64,000 nucleotides of DNA from a bacterium (GCA_965209155.1 OZ242383.1:1792001-1856000); one strand, 5' to 3'; counted from the stretch's first letter, positions 20,301 through 28,828 are shown. Numbers and translations: made by a program. Notes: generated by a model not told the origin, from the letters alone.

Positions 20301-20903
20301 CACGATGTGAACCCCTTGGCCCGTCAGAGAATTGAGATAGGCCGGGCAAGTCGAAGCCAGCGTTTTTCCTTCACCTGTTTGCATTTCAGCAATATTACCC
20401 TCATGCAGCGCGATGCCACCGATTAGCTGCACATCGTAATGACGTTCCCCCAACGTACGAACACTGGCTTCCCGCACCAGGGCAAATGCCTCCGGTAGGA
20501 TTTCATCGAGTACGGATTTAGCATCTCGTTGAACCTGTCGCCTTGCTGCATAGAGAATTTCTTCCGCTTCTTCCTCAATCACGCGCTTTTCGATTTCTGC
20601 AAGCAGTTCTTCCTGGGATTGAAATTCCTTGCCCTTCAAACTTTTAAGTTGCTTCCACACCGAATCCGATGAGAGTTCGGATTCCATACGGAACAAACTC
20701 CGCTCAGTAAGAGTGAAGCAAGTATTGGCCAGGACTTTTTCCTTGAATGCGGCTGTTTTTTGTGGAAATTCAGAGTCCTCCAGCCTTTGCATCTCAGCCT
20801 CAAATGCATTGATCTGTGCGACAATCTTGTTGTAACGCTTGAGTTTTTTTTCGTTTTCGTTGCCAAACAAACGAGTACTTTTAGTCAAAAGGGACTGTAA
20901 CAT
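17343..20903 (-). CDS. secA: Preprotein translocase SecA (~1186 aa) with large insertions and no C-terminal SEC-C motif
   Basis: MQTGEGKT, DEVDSILIDE, GMTGTA, ATNMAGRGTDI, QLRGRSGRQGDPG; start taken at M15 of the ORF. Confidence 0.96.
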   Translation of the reverse strand: MLQSLLTKSTRLFGNENEKKLKRYNKIVAQINAFEAEMQRLEDSEFPQKTAAFKEKVLANTCFTLTERSLFRMESELSSDSVWKQLKSLKGKEFQSQEELLAEIEKRVIEEEAEEILYAARRQVQRDAKSVLDEILPEAFALVREASVRTLGERHYDVQLIGGIALHEGNIAEMQTGEGKTLASTCPAYLNSLTGQGVHIVTPNDYLAKRDSEWMGQIYRFLGTTVGLIQHDFHPTQRQKSYQADITYGTNNEFGFDYLRDNMKMDLVDYVQRDFHYAIIDEVDSILIDESRTPLIISGATDDDIEKYRIVNKLIYDLQREIQKIEVPQLPDHEIHGIDPEWEYKEDRDIVREGDYTLDEKSRYVALTDRGAAKIEKRLAAFEHYQLTDQDIRRLESEINEDIVLQGLKSTANFDFKRQDGFLQTLSDKIANDGVGQSSLIPFKSRILQLAYKGMLLPTYRLSQESLEHLQANPELGPVMSELTNLKDLEYESEEAFFEALQSTLGAEKSNQCRSAIFAEIQVLKSLFDRVNTPVLHHINQALKAHLVFKKDVDYVVQNGQVVIVDDFTGRLMPGRRYSDGLHQALEAKEKVRVEMETQTLASITFQNYFRLYRKIAGMTGTAETEKDEFKKIYNLGVVVIPTHLPVIRNDKPDLIYKTQKSKFNAIVNQVQSLYERKQPVLVGTVSVETSELISRRLQQKGIEHRVLNAKYHAQEAEIIKNAGQSGSVTIATNMAGRGTDIKPASEVLELGGVFILGTERHDSRRIDNQLRGRSGRQGDPGESQFFLAMEDNLLRIFGGEKLAKWMDRFQIEEDMPIEHMFVSRAIANAQKKVESMHFSARKNLLEYDDVMERQRNIIYDRRRAILSDDIHHCFLDMCAETIEELMDQYCSDKFQDQWKREEFKQDFFHIFNSHLDESWEDPSLKREEIVHKLFEITEDCYQIKLDRFKEEFFNKYKEIELFEVAGIYLQIILHENARSVTAATWEFPHPQMKQLRAFFEMWLQRFDTYCRNKRLNSRVEAITPFLNEIPDDFRQHFFSGYLQFKQEIFETLVLMVQRQNLLNSNDERWKNHLLAMDHLREEVGLAGYAQKKPIDEYRRKAFALFDNLISDIARESTTQFFHRNKLPHPRYLFFHVDPQAPEAIYSHGDEPKVVNSPKPAIRKKVYVSNRERKKQRDKRNKAYSV

Positions 20904-21041
20904 GAATCTCTCTTTTCCAAATGGCTCGGGGGTTAGAAGTCGCATTACGATTTGTTCAGGACGCCGCCTTGTTAGGCGTCACGGTTAAAAAATTAAAAAC
21001 AGTTTAGCACGAAAAAAAGACAAGGCCAATTCATAGAGGTT

Positions 21042-21884
21042 CTAACGGGAAACGGGACGCTTGGGGTCGGTAATCCATTCACTCCAGGAACCAGCGTAGA
21101 GTTTCCCTTCCGCCAACCCTGCGTGCGCCATGGCCAACAGGTTGTGACATGCTGTCACGCCAGAGCCGCAATAACATATGGTTTTTTCAGGCTGCACCGG
21201 ACCGAGCAATGCATGAAAGCGTTTTTTCAAGACTTCAACGGGCAAGACCTTGCCATCAGGGCCGGCATTTTCCACGTAAGGCGCGCAAAGAGCGTGGGGA
21301 ATGTGTCCTGCCACGGGATCTATGGTTTCATTTTCCCCTCGAAAGCGATCTGCTGCGCGAGCGTCGAGCAACTTATAATCGGAATGCTCCAGGATTTGCA
21401 GGACTTCATCGCTGTTTATTTGCAAGTGAGAGCGCAATTGGGGCAAAAAAGACCGTGGGGCACGACGGTGAATTTCAAGAGAAACAGGACGGTTCTCGCT
21501 CTGCCATTGTTGCCATCCCCCATCCAAAACGGCAACCTGTTGATGACCAAGCCAACGCAGCATCCACCACAAACGCGCAGCAAAAGCGCCGATCGTATCA
21601 TCGTAGGCTACAACCTGGACCTTGTCATCGATTCCCCAGCGTGAGCAGGTTCGCGCAAAATAGTGAGGGTCCGGTAAAGGATGCCGCCCTGTTTTTTGTG
21701 GAACTGCTGGTGCCGATAAGTCTTCACTGAGATGGGCATAGAGGGCATGCGGGATGTGTCCTTTGTGGTAGTCTCGCCGTCCCCGTTCGGTGTCATCGAG
21801 CGCGTAACGGCAATCTATCACCATCCAGTTCGGATCTTCGAGATGGGATACCAGCTCTGTTGTCGAAATAAAGGTGGTGCGCAT
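21042..21884 (-). CDS. sseA: Tandem-rhodanese sulfurtransferase (SseA-like)
   Basis: GHIPHA twice, GRHPLP, YCGSGVTAC, LYAGSWSEW. Confidence 0.9.
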   Translation of the reverse strand: MRTTFISTTELVSHLEDPNWMVIDCRYALDDTERGRRDYHKGHIPHALYAHLSEDLSAPAVPQKTGRHPLPDPHYFARTCSRWGIDDKVQVVAYDDTIGAFAARLWWMLRWLGHQQVAVLDGGWQQWQSENRPVSLEIHRRAPRSFLPQLRSHLQINSDEVLQILEHSDYKLLDARAADRFRGENETIDPVAGHIPHALCAPYVENAGPDGKVLPVEVLKKRFHALLGPVQPEKTICYCGSGVTACHNLLAMAHAGLAEGKLYAGSWSEWITDPKRPVSR

Positions 21885-22000
21885 GCCTTTCCTCCTTTCA
21901 GTACGATTTTTTCGAGTGTTTAATTGATTTAACCTGAGTTCGAGATAAGAACTTAATAAATTTAATATGTTATGGAATTTTCATATCTCAGAGAATCCTT

Positions 22001-22097
22001 GTCATTCCTGCGAAAGCAGGAATCCAGAGTTATGCAATTGGGCAGAAATCCGGATCTCCGCTCCCTACTTTCGCAGGGACAAGTTTAGCGAGGATGA
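22001..22097. repeat. REP/RPE-like palindromic element near the island's left edge
   Basis: gtcattcctgcgaaagcaggaatccag...ctttcgcagggacaag; same family as 9556-9635. Confidence 0.65.
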
Positions 22098-22266
22098 TTT
22101 TTTCTTTCTTTTCAACTTTGTTGAGGAGAAAAGAGATTGCATAATTTGCGAACCCTGGAGTTTTTTGTCGTCACAAGCAGTGTGCTGATTATGGCAACTC
22201 CCGAAAGATCAGGAGACAACCAATATCACTAAATTCAGTAAAAAAAAAGCGGGATGTCAGTGGCGG

Positions 22267-22371
22267 CAGCCACGGCGCGGTTTCCATGAAGTTACGGCCT
22301 TCCCTGCTGAGCATCCCGCCCAGCTGGGCATACTCGCCGGTAGACCAAAACCCAGGAAGCTCAGGGAGGCT
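22267..22371 (-). pseudogene. Relic fragment of a fifth dppC-type permease
   Basis: Translates ASLSFLGFGLPASMPSW, frameshift, GMLSREGRNFMETAPWL, matching the four full dppC copies. Confidence 0.85.
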
Positions 22372-22372
22372 A

Positions 22373-22401
22373 TTGACACAACTGTGGAATTTCCCTAGTA
22401 T
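22373..22401 (+). promoter_or_regulatory. Sigma70 promoter, probable leaderless TA transcript
   Basis: TTGACA-17-TAGTAT, then ATGATG 4 nt later. Confidence 0.65.
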
Positions 22402-22405
22402 TTAA

Positions 22406-22690
22406 ATGATGGAATTTGAATGGGATGAAAACAAAAATCAAATGAACATTGAGGACCACGGAATTTCCTTTGAAGAGGCAAAACCTGTTTTTGTTGATGA
22501 TTACAGTTTGGATTTTGAAGATACTTCAGCATCAGAAGAACGTTACAATAAAATTGGGATGGCCTATGGGCTGATACTTTTTGTGGTTTATACGATTAGA
22601 GAGGCTGAGGGGATTTTTAAAATTCGTATCATTTCTGCAAGAAAGGCAAATAACTATGAAAAAAGAAGTTATCTCCGAAATTATAGCTAA
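22406..22690 (+). CDS. BrnT-family toxin
   Basis: FEWDENKN..HGISFEEA..RIISARKA. Confidence 0.9.
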   Translation: MMEFEWDENKNQMNIEDHGISFEEAKPVFVDDYSLDFEDTSASEERYNKIGMAYGLILFVVYTIREAEGIFKIRIISARKANNYEKRSYLRNYS

Positions 22691-23015
22691 TGGGGTACGG
22701 AATCGCCCTGAAGATCGCCAAACGGATTGGAATCGCCTGGATAATATGAGTGATGAAGAATCGAATCAAAACGCTTTAAAGGATCCTGATGCTCAGCCAT
22801 TATCAGAAGATGCTCAACCTATTGTGAACGTCAAATTGATCCGAGCCAAACTCGGCATGACTCAAGAAGAGTTTGCAAAAACATTTCAACTTTCTTTGGC
22901 GACTATAAGAGATTGGGAGCAGAGGAGGTCCCGACCGGATCAGGCTGCAAAAACATTATTAAGAGTAATTGAACGAAATCCAAAAGCAGTAGAATACGCT
23001 TTAAAAATCGCATAA
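22656..23015 (+). CDS. XRE-type HTH antitoxin
   Basis: TDWNRLD, IRAKLGMTQEEFA..TIRDWEQ..PDQAA; overlaps toxin stop. Confidence 0.85.
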   Translation: MKKEVISEIIANGVRNRPEDRQTDWNRLDNMSDEESNQNALKDPDAQPLSEDAQPIVNVKLIRAKLGMTQEEFAKTFQLSLATIRDWEQRRSRPDQAAKTLLRVIERNPKAVEYALKIA

Positions 23016-23023
23016 AATGCAGA

Positions 23024-23096
23024 ATCGGGTAGGTAGAGGTTTTTCTCCGCCACCCTGCCACCCCACCCTGCATGCGGGACCGCATAGGGCGGTTTT
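23024..23096 (-). mobile_element. Group II intron 3' relic (domains V-VI), IIC-like
   Basis: Minus strand aaacCGCcctatgcggtcccgcatgcagggtggggtg...ctacctacccgAT; CGC triad and terminal AY. Confidence 0.72.
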
Positions 23097-23221
23097 TGGC
23101 TTGAAGCGGACATTGATCCATAGCTGTTATTCGGGTACACGACCCATTCAATCAGATCAATGTTTAATGCCGGTCCTCTGTCCCATCGCCTAAACACTGC
23201 TCCCCCGTCGGGTTCAATACG

Positions 23222-24193
23222 TTACCATTTGAAAGGATTGATCAGTTGGGAGAGGAAGCCTCGTTTGCGTTTCATCCTCGTGGCGCCGTAACTGCCCTGA
23301 CCGCCCCGCAGCCTCGGATCGAGCAGGTCCCTGAGGGCGTCGCCGAACATGTTGAGGGAGTAAACGACAATCGTCAAGCAAAGCCCAGGCCAGAGCGCCA
23401 GCCGTGGCGCCATCTCCATGTAGAGACGTCCTTCCCGGCTGAGCATCCCGCCCCAGCTGGGAAACTCGACGGGCAGACCGAATCCCAGGAAGCTCAGAGA
23501 AGCCTCAGCCATAATCACCCCCCCGATGTTGATCGAGAAGACAATGATGATCGGTGCCATGATATTGGGCAGGACATGGCGGATCAGGATTTGGCTTGTC
23601 GAGGTGCCCACCGCCCGGGCGGCCAGAAAATAGTCATTCTCTTTGATGCCAATCACCGCGCCTCGCATGATTCGGGAACCGCCGATGCCGCCGGCGACTC
23701 CCAGCACGACGATGATCTGGAGAAGACCCTGGCCGACGATGGACATGATGGTCAACAACAACAACAGCCCCGGAAAGGCCATCCAGGCATCGACAAAACG
23801 CTGCACTGCCAGGTCCACTTTCCCCCCCAGAAATCCGGAAATTCCGCCGATCAGGATAGCGACCACCACATTAATGCTCGTCGCTGCCAGACCGACCGCT
23901 AAGGAAAGACGAGCCCCATAGATCAGGCGGCTCAACAAATCTCGCCCCGCGAAGTCGGTACCCAGCAGATACCGGGCTGATGGGCCCTGCATCCTCTCTA
24001 TCAGGTTTATTTTCATATAAGGATAAGGAGCCAGCGCCTCGGCGAAGATCGCCACCAGAATTAGGAGCAATAGGATTATCCCGCAGGCCGTCCCCAGAGG
24101 CTTCTCCCTGAGAAGCCTGATAAAGAATGCAGCCAGCCGTCCCCGTCGCTTGGGCTCGATGATTTTGGTTGGTCTCTCTGTGGTGTTGCTCAT
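23222..24193 (-). CDS. ABC permease DppC/OppC-type, module 1
   Basis: LGTD..GRD, HVLPN, EASLSFLGFG, GDALRDLLDPR. Confidence 0.95.
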   Translation of the reverse strand: MSNTTERPTKIIEPKRRGRLAAFFIRLLREKPLGTACGIILLLLILVAIFAEALAPYPYMKINLIERMQGPSARYLLGTDFAGRDLLSRLIYGARLSLAVGLAATSINVVVAILIGGISGFLGGKVDLAVQRFVDAWMAFPGLLLLLTIMSIVGQGLLQIIVVLGVAGGIGGSRIMRGAVIGIKENDYFLAARAVGTSTSQILIRHVLPNIMAPIIIVFSINIGGVIMAEASLSFLGFGLPVEFPSWGGMLSREGRLYMEMAPRLALWPGLCLTIVVYSLNMFGDALRDLLDPRLRGGQGSYGATRMKRKRGFLSQLINPFKW

Positions 24194-24210
24194 GATCCCG
24201 ATTTCTCTAT

Positions 24211-24284
24211 CGGTAGGGCCGGGTGACGTCCCGGCCTGAAAAACGCACCGCTCCCCTTGGCCGGGACGTGACCCGCCCCTACCG
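24211..24284. repeat. GTAG-type REP doublet between dppB and dppC (also 31680-31753 and 40888-40976)
   Basis: cggtagggccgggtgacgtcccggcc...ggccgggacgtgacccgcccctaccg inverted pair. Confidence 0.75.
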
Positions 24285-24331
24285 TTTTCTTGTCTGTTAA
24301 ACCCAACTCCTCATACCTTCCGCGCCAGCGA

Positions 24332-25345
24332 CTATTCATACCGCACCCTCGGGTCCAAATAGGGATAAATCAGGTCGATCAGGAGATTGCTTCCCATCAC
24401 GACGACGCCGAAAAACAGGTTGATTCCGGAGATCACCGGGTAGTCTCTGTCATTGAGGGCATCCACCATGAGACGACCGAGCCCCGGCAGCATAAAGACG
24501 TTCTCCATGATAACCGCGCCCCCGACCACGATCGGCAACTGCATGCCGATCAGGGAGACCACCGGGATGAGGGCATTTTTGATGGTGTGCCGGATAATCA
24601 CGACCCGCTCCTTGAGCCCCTTGGACCAGGCGGTGCGGATATAGTCCTGCCTGAGCACCTCCAGCATCATGGTGCGCGTCAGCCGCATGGTCTCGCAAGA
24701 AGCAGCCGTCCCCAGAATCAGGCTGGGAATGAGGAGCATGCCGAGATTCCCCAGCGGGTCTTCGCTGAAAGGCACCCACTCCATCGGGGGCGACCATCTC
24801 CACCAGATGGCCGGGTAGATCATGACGAGAAGGGCCAGCCAGAAGTTCGGCGTGGCCAGGCCGATGATGGCGATGGAGCGCCCCAGGTAGTCCGCGGCCG
24901 TATCCTGGCGAATCGCCGAGTAGATGCCCACCGGCAGGGCGATCACCAGCCCGATTAAGATGGCCATGACCCCCAGCTCAATGGTGACCGGCAATCTCTC
25001 CATGATCTTCTCCTCTACCGTCCAAAGGCCGCCCATCAGTGAGTCGCCCAGGGTGCCCTGGAGGAGCCCTTTCAAGTGGGACTCCCCGCTAACCCAGTCA
25101 GGGGTCGGCAACACTCCTATCCAGCGTCCATACTGCACCCAGACCGGCACGTCCAGTCCCAGCAAACGCTCCAGAGCTTCACGGTCAATCTTGCCACCAA
25201 ATCCCGAATCCGGGCCTAAATTTCTGGCCACCATCAGGTCTATCACATCGCCCGGGATGAAGCGCACCGAGAGGAAGACCAAGATGGTCAAGATAAACAG
25301 GGTGGGAATGATCAGCAATAATCTCCTGATGAGATAGGCTCTCAT
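24332..25345 (-). CDS. ABC permease DppB/OppB-type, module 1
   Basis: YLIRRLL, RLPVTIEL, QDYIRTAWSKGL, DYP, DPRVRY. Confidence 0.95.
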   Translation of the reverse strand: MRAYLIRRLLLIIPTLFILTILVFLSVRFIPGDVIDLMVARNLGPDSGFGGKIDREALERLLGLDVPVWVQYGRWIGVLPTPDWVSGESHLKGLLQGTLGDSLMGGLWTVEEKIMERLPVTIELGVMAILIGLVIALPVGIYSAIRQDTAADYLGRSIAIIGLATPNFWLALLVMIYPAIWWRWSPPMEWVPFSEDPLGNLGMLLIPSLILGTAASCETMRLTRTMMLEVLRQDYIRTAWSKGLKERVVIIRHTIKNALIPVVSLIGMQLPIVVGGAVIMENVFMLPGLGRLMVDALNDRDYPVISGINLFFGVVVMGSNLLIDLIYPYLDPRVRYE

Positions 25346-25553
25346 GTGACACACCTTATTTCACTTTTCCCCGTCATTGCCAACCCTCTTTTGTCATTGC
25401 AGGACATATCCCAACCCCGTATCAGGTGCGGAGCAGGCTCCCGTCATTCCGCCGAAAAGCCTGCCCCGTTACATGCCAAGAATTCCTCCCACCCGGATTG
25501 CGGATGGGAGAGGGGGTGGCTCATGCTGATTTGGGCTCGGATCCAGTGACCGA

Positions 25554-27461
25554 CTAGAATCCCATTTCTTCCTTCAGATCCTGGTCAATCCAAAGGTGGA
25601 TGAGGACCCAATGTAATGCCCCAAATCCCATGCCCCACTCACCGCTAAAACCTTTGACCCACGGCTGGTTCAGGTTATATACTGGAGCCATAGGAGTCCA
25701 TATCAGATTGTGCTGCTTTATTAAGAGCATATCAAAATCTTTAAGTGGCTTCTTCTGCTCCTCCTCGGTGATAGCGGCGAAAAAGGCATCAGCGGCGGCG
25801 TTCAGCTCAGGGGTCTCGATTCCGGATATAAATTCGCGTTGAAATGAGCCTTCATTGCGATACCATTCTACCCCAAATGTTGGGGAGTGAAGAAAGCCCG
25901 AGCTGCCGGAGCCCATTTCATAATCATGATCTCCTAGAAGACCGACCCAAGTGGCCGTGTCATGTTTCTGAATCGTTACCTTAACGCCAATCTCTGCCCA
26001 GTAGCCGGCAGCTATTTCTGCATAGCCCAAATCATAGTTGGGGTAGCGGTGGTCATGGGTGACCTTGAATCGAACGCCATCCGCACCGCGCGGATATCCC
26101 GCCTCATCCAGGAGCTTCTCAGCCCCTTCCGGGTCATACCGATAGTATTGCTTGACCTCTTCGGGATAGTCTTCGAATTTGGTTTGCAACTCCGGGAAGA
26201 CATACCCAATCGTCCCCATGGGTTCCCACTTTGCGAGACCGCCAAAGTAGGTCTTGTTAATCGTCTCGAGGTCGATTGCCATCTGCATGGCGTGGCGCAC
26301 CCTGACGTCGTCAAAGGGCGGCTTGCGCATGTTCAGAAGAAAAGTCCCGAGCGCGCTTGAGAAACCAGTGGTCACCTGGACTTCGGGGTTGGTCCGCTGG
26401 AGGCTCGTTACTAAGTCGCGGTTTACCAGAGTAGTGCCACCGCCGGCGGCATGTACTATATCAACCTTACCCGTGCGTAGTGCCGATACACGTGCTGCTT
26501 CTTCCGGCATATACAGGGCCCTTAACTGGTCAATATAGGGCAGGCGGTTCTCGGGGTATTTTGGGTCGTAGCCCCAGTAGTCAGGATTCTTGACATAGGT
26601 TTTAGAGACGTCTTCGACATAGTCAGTCAGCATCAGGGGTCCGGTGCCGACCACGTTCCGCCAATCCGCATAGTTGCCGTGTTGCTCGATTACCTCGGGG
26701 GGTAATATCCAAACCAGTGCCTCGCTGAGGATAGTCCTCAGCGCACCGAGCACTGGTTCCTTCAGCTTGAAAACAACCGTATATTTGCCGGTGGCCTCTA
26801 TCGATTCCCAGGGCAGGTTGCTCAATCTGGGAGTTTGCTGGGGACGTTCGGTGAAGTCGCCCAGAACCAACATACGCTGATAGGTATAGGCGACATCATC
26901 GGCAGTCAGCTCGCGCCCGGATACCGGTGGCTTATCATGCCAGTGAACGCCCTTGCGGATATGGAAGATGAACGTGGTTGGGTCGGGGGTAAACCACCGT
27001 TCCGCCAGCATCCCTGTCAGGGCAGGTCCTCTAAAGTGGAACCCGGATGAAAATTCCCATACGTCCCTATCTATTCCCCAGTCCGCCCAGGCGAGCTGCT
27101 CATTAACGCCATTAATGATGAACTGCACATAGGGGCCAGTAATAAAGGGGTCCGTAGTATCGCCCTTTGATATGTAGGGATAGGTGATTGTTCCGCCGTA
27201 CTCAGGTGCCGTCACCATTTTACCAGTGGTGGGATCTGTGACCATCTTTTTCTCAGCCCCGATGGCCGGACTGACCCAAAAGGCAGCCACCATCAGGGTG
27301 AGGAGGGACAGCAGGATTGCACTGAAGGTTGATTTGCTTTTTTGATTTTCCATCTTTTTCCTTTCTGCTTTTTGATTAAAAACAAGATTTAGGATTGCTT
27401 TAAAACCTGCTTTCGTTCCCGAAAGCACATTCTCGACGATACTTCTAATTATTGTTTTCAT
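25554..27461 (-). CDS. Family-5 ABC substrate-binding protein, module 1 (alternative start 27353)
   Basis: Signal peptide, PEYGG, IRKGVHWH, VGTGP, PFDDVRVRHAM, AEKLLDEAGY. Confidence 0.93.
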   Translation of the reverse strand: MKTIIRSIVENVLSGTKAGFKAILNLVFNQKAERKKMENQKSKSTFSAILLSLLTLMVAAFWVSPAIGAEKKMVTDPTTGKMVTAPEYGGTITYPYISKGDTTDPFITGPYVQFIINGVNEQLAWADWGIDRDVWEFSSGFHFRGPALTGMLAERWFTPDPTTFIFHIRKGVHWHDKPPVSGRELTADDVAYTYQRMLVLGDFTERPQQTPRLSNLPWESIEATGKYTVVFKLKEPVLGALRTILSEALVWILPPEVIEQHGNYADWRNVVGTGPLMLTDYVEDVSKTYVKNPDYWGYDPKYPENRLPYIDQLRALYMPEEAARVSALRTGKVDIVHAAGGGTTLVNRDLVTSLQRTNPEVQVTTGFSSALGTFLLNMRKPPFDDVRVRHAMQMAIDLETINKTYFGGLAKWEPMGTIGYVFPELQTKFEDYPEEVKQYYRYDPEGAEKLLDEAGYPRGADGVRFKVTHDHRYPNYDLGYAEIAAGYWAEIGVKVTIQKHDTATWVGLLGDHDYEMGSGSSGFLHSPTFGVEWYRNEGSFQREFISGIETPELNAAADAFFAAITEEEQKKPLKDFDMLLIKQHNLIWTPMAPVYNLNQPWVKGFSGEWGMGFGALHWVLIHLWIDQDLKEEMGF

Positions 27462-27693
27462 TTTTACCTCTAATATAAATAGTTAAAAAAGCAATATTCA
27501 CCATGAATATTACACTATCAAAAAATCCGATTCATTGGCTCCAGGATTGGGGCATGAACCTTGAGCTTTCAATGCTCTTGAGGCATTTCCATTGGCTGAA
27601 ATGAATGAGGGGTAACTTAGGGATCTCTCCCTGAGGTCGAGATGAGATAAGGGGGGACAACCCAATGAACTGGGGACTTGGGATTTAGAATGT

Positions 27694-27789
27694 GGGTGCC
27701 GGGTGCCGGGTGCCGGGTGCCGGGTGCCGGGTGCCGGGTGCCGGGTGCCGGGTGCCGGGTGCCGGGTGCCGGGTGCCGGGTGCCGGGTG
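27694..27789 (+). repeat. Heptamer array (GGGTGCC)x13 plus partial unit
   Basis: Counted directly. Confidence 0.97.
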
Positions 27790-27794
27790 ATTGA

Positions 27795-27824
27795 ATGATA
27801 CTCTCATATTAACCTTATTGTCAA
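27795..27824 (-). promoter_or_regulatory. Sigma70 promoter for the ABC module (also 34991-35019 and 51256-51284)
   Basis: TTGACA-18-TATCAT; 17-nt spacer in the other two copies. Confidence 0.7.
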
Positions 27825-28351
27825 GAATTTTTATACTTGAAACGGGTTAATTTCAGACTTTCATGTCATCCTGATTGATAGCTGACAGCGAAAAGCCAAT
27901 TCGCGACAGCGACTCTTTAAGGAAAATATTTTATATCCAGAAAAAAATCAACATTTTTTTTAAGACAGATCCGATTTAGTCATTTAAGGCAAATTTTTCT
28001 CATATCCAGAAATAGTATAATCGCTCTGCAAATGTATCAAGATTTTTTTGAATAGGGCGACTCATTCATGAAAGTCTTCTGATGATCAACGAAAATACTT
28101 TTTCATATTGAGATACGGAAGTCAATATTTTTGGCACTTTTTCATTCCCCGTTGACCGTTTCTAAAAATCCTCTGGTGAGGAGATGAGGTTTGACTAGAC
28201 TTTCGGTTCAATAATAGGAGCGAAATTGAAGTAAAACCTTCAGCCCAAGGAGTATTCGTTGAAAATTATCACAATAAGCAGACGAAATATCAGCTTAATA
28301 GAGTGCTAATTATTTGTCAACCGTATTTTTTCAATCGCTGGGAAGCGATTG

Positions 28352-28378
28352 TTTGCACTCTATTGAAATGAGTGTTAA
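28352..28378. promoter_or_regulatory. CIRCE-like HrcA operator, copy 1
   Basis: TTTGCACTC-N9-GAGTGTTAA vs consensus TTAGCACTC-N9-GAGTGCTAA; extra perfect half-site 28301-28309. Confidence 0.7.
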
Positions 28379-28828
28379 CATGAAACAATCATTGATCCAG
28401 CCCGCATGATAGCGATCCGTTGAATCCCCAGAAATGAACAGAAAAAGAGGCATCTAAAGCGTCAATATCACGGAAAAAGTCCACTTATTGCTCTGTTGAG
28501 CCCAACAAAACCTCTCGCTAACCTGGCCCTCCTCCCTCCTATTCCTGAAGTGAAAATGCAATGCTTGATCATGATTCACCACCCTTATCAAATGAAGGAA
28601 TCCCTGGCAAATAATTAGTAACTGTCCCCGGATTTTAAATAAGTTTGCACTATCTTGGCTCAAAGGGAATATTGGTATCAGATGTTCCACGAAGGATTTT
28701 TCCAAACAAAATCGAGAAAATGACTTTGAGACAAAGGGAAAACAAATAAGGCTCGCTGTTGTCCAAACGCTTTGATATACTGATTGAAAACAAGGGCTTT
28801 CCTGCTCCCTTCTTTGAGGAGTATCCTG

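Larger units (their letters stand above)
27462..28509. repeat. Shared non-coding leader, copy 1 (copy 2 34658-35708; copy 3 50944-~51745)
   Basis: Near-identical AT-rich blocks upstream of each intact SBP gene. Confidence 0.92.

Noticed and set aside
19341..20720. SecA insertions as inteins
   Set aside because: Too short and lacking the N-terminal C/S block and C-terminal HN-[CST] junction.
21929..21950. ttaacctgagttcgagataag as an IS end marking the island border
   Set aside because: No partner repeat or transposase remnant found; too short to support.
27694..27789. Heptamer arrays or repeated leaders as a CRISPR array
   Set aside because: Contiguous 7-bp units without unique spacers; no cas genes in the window.
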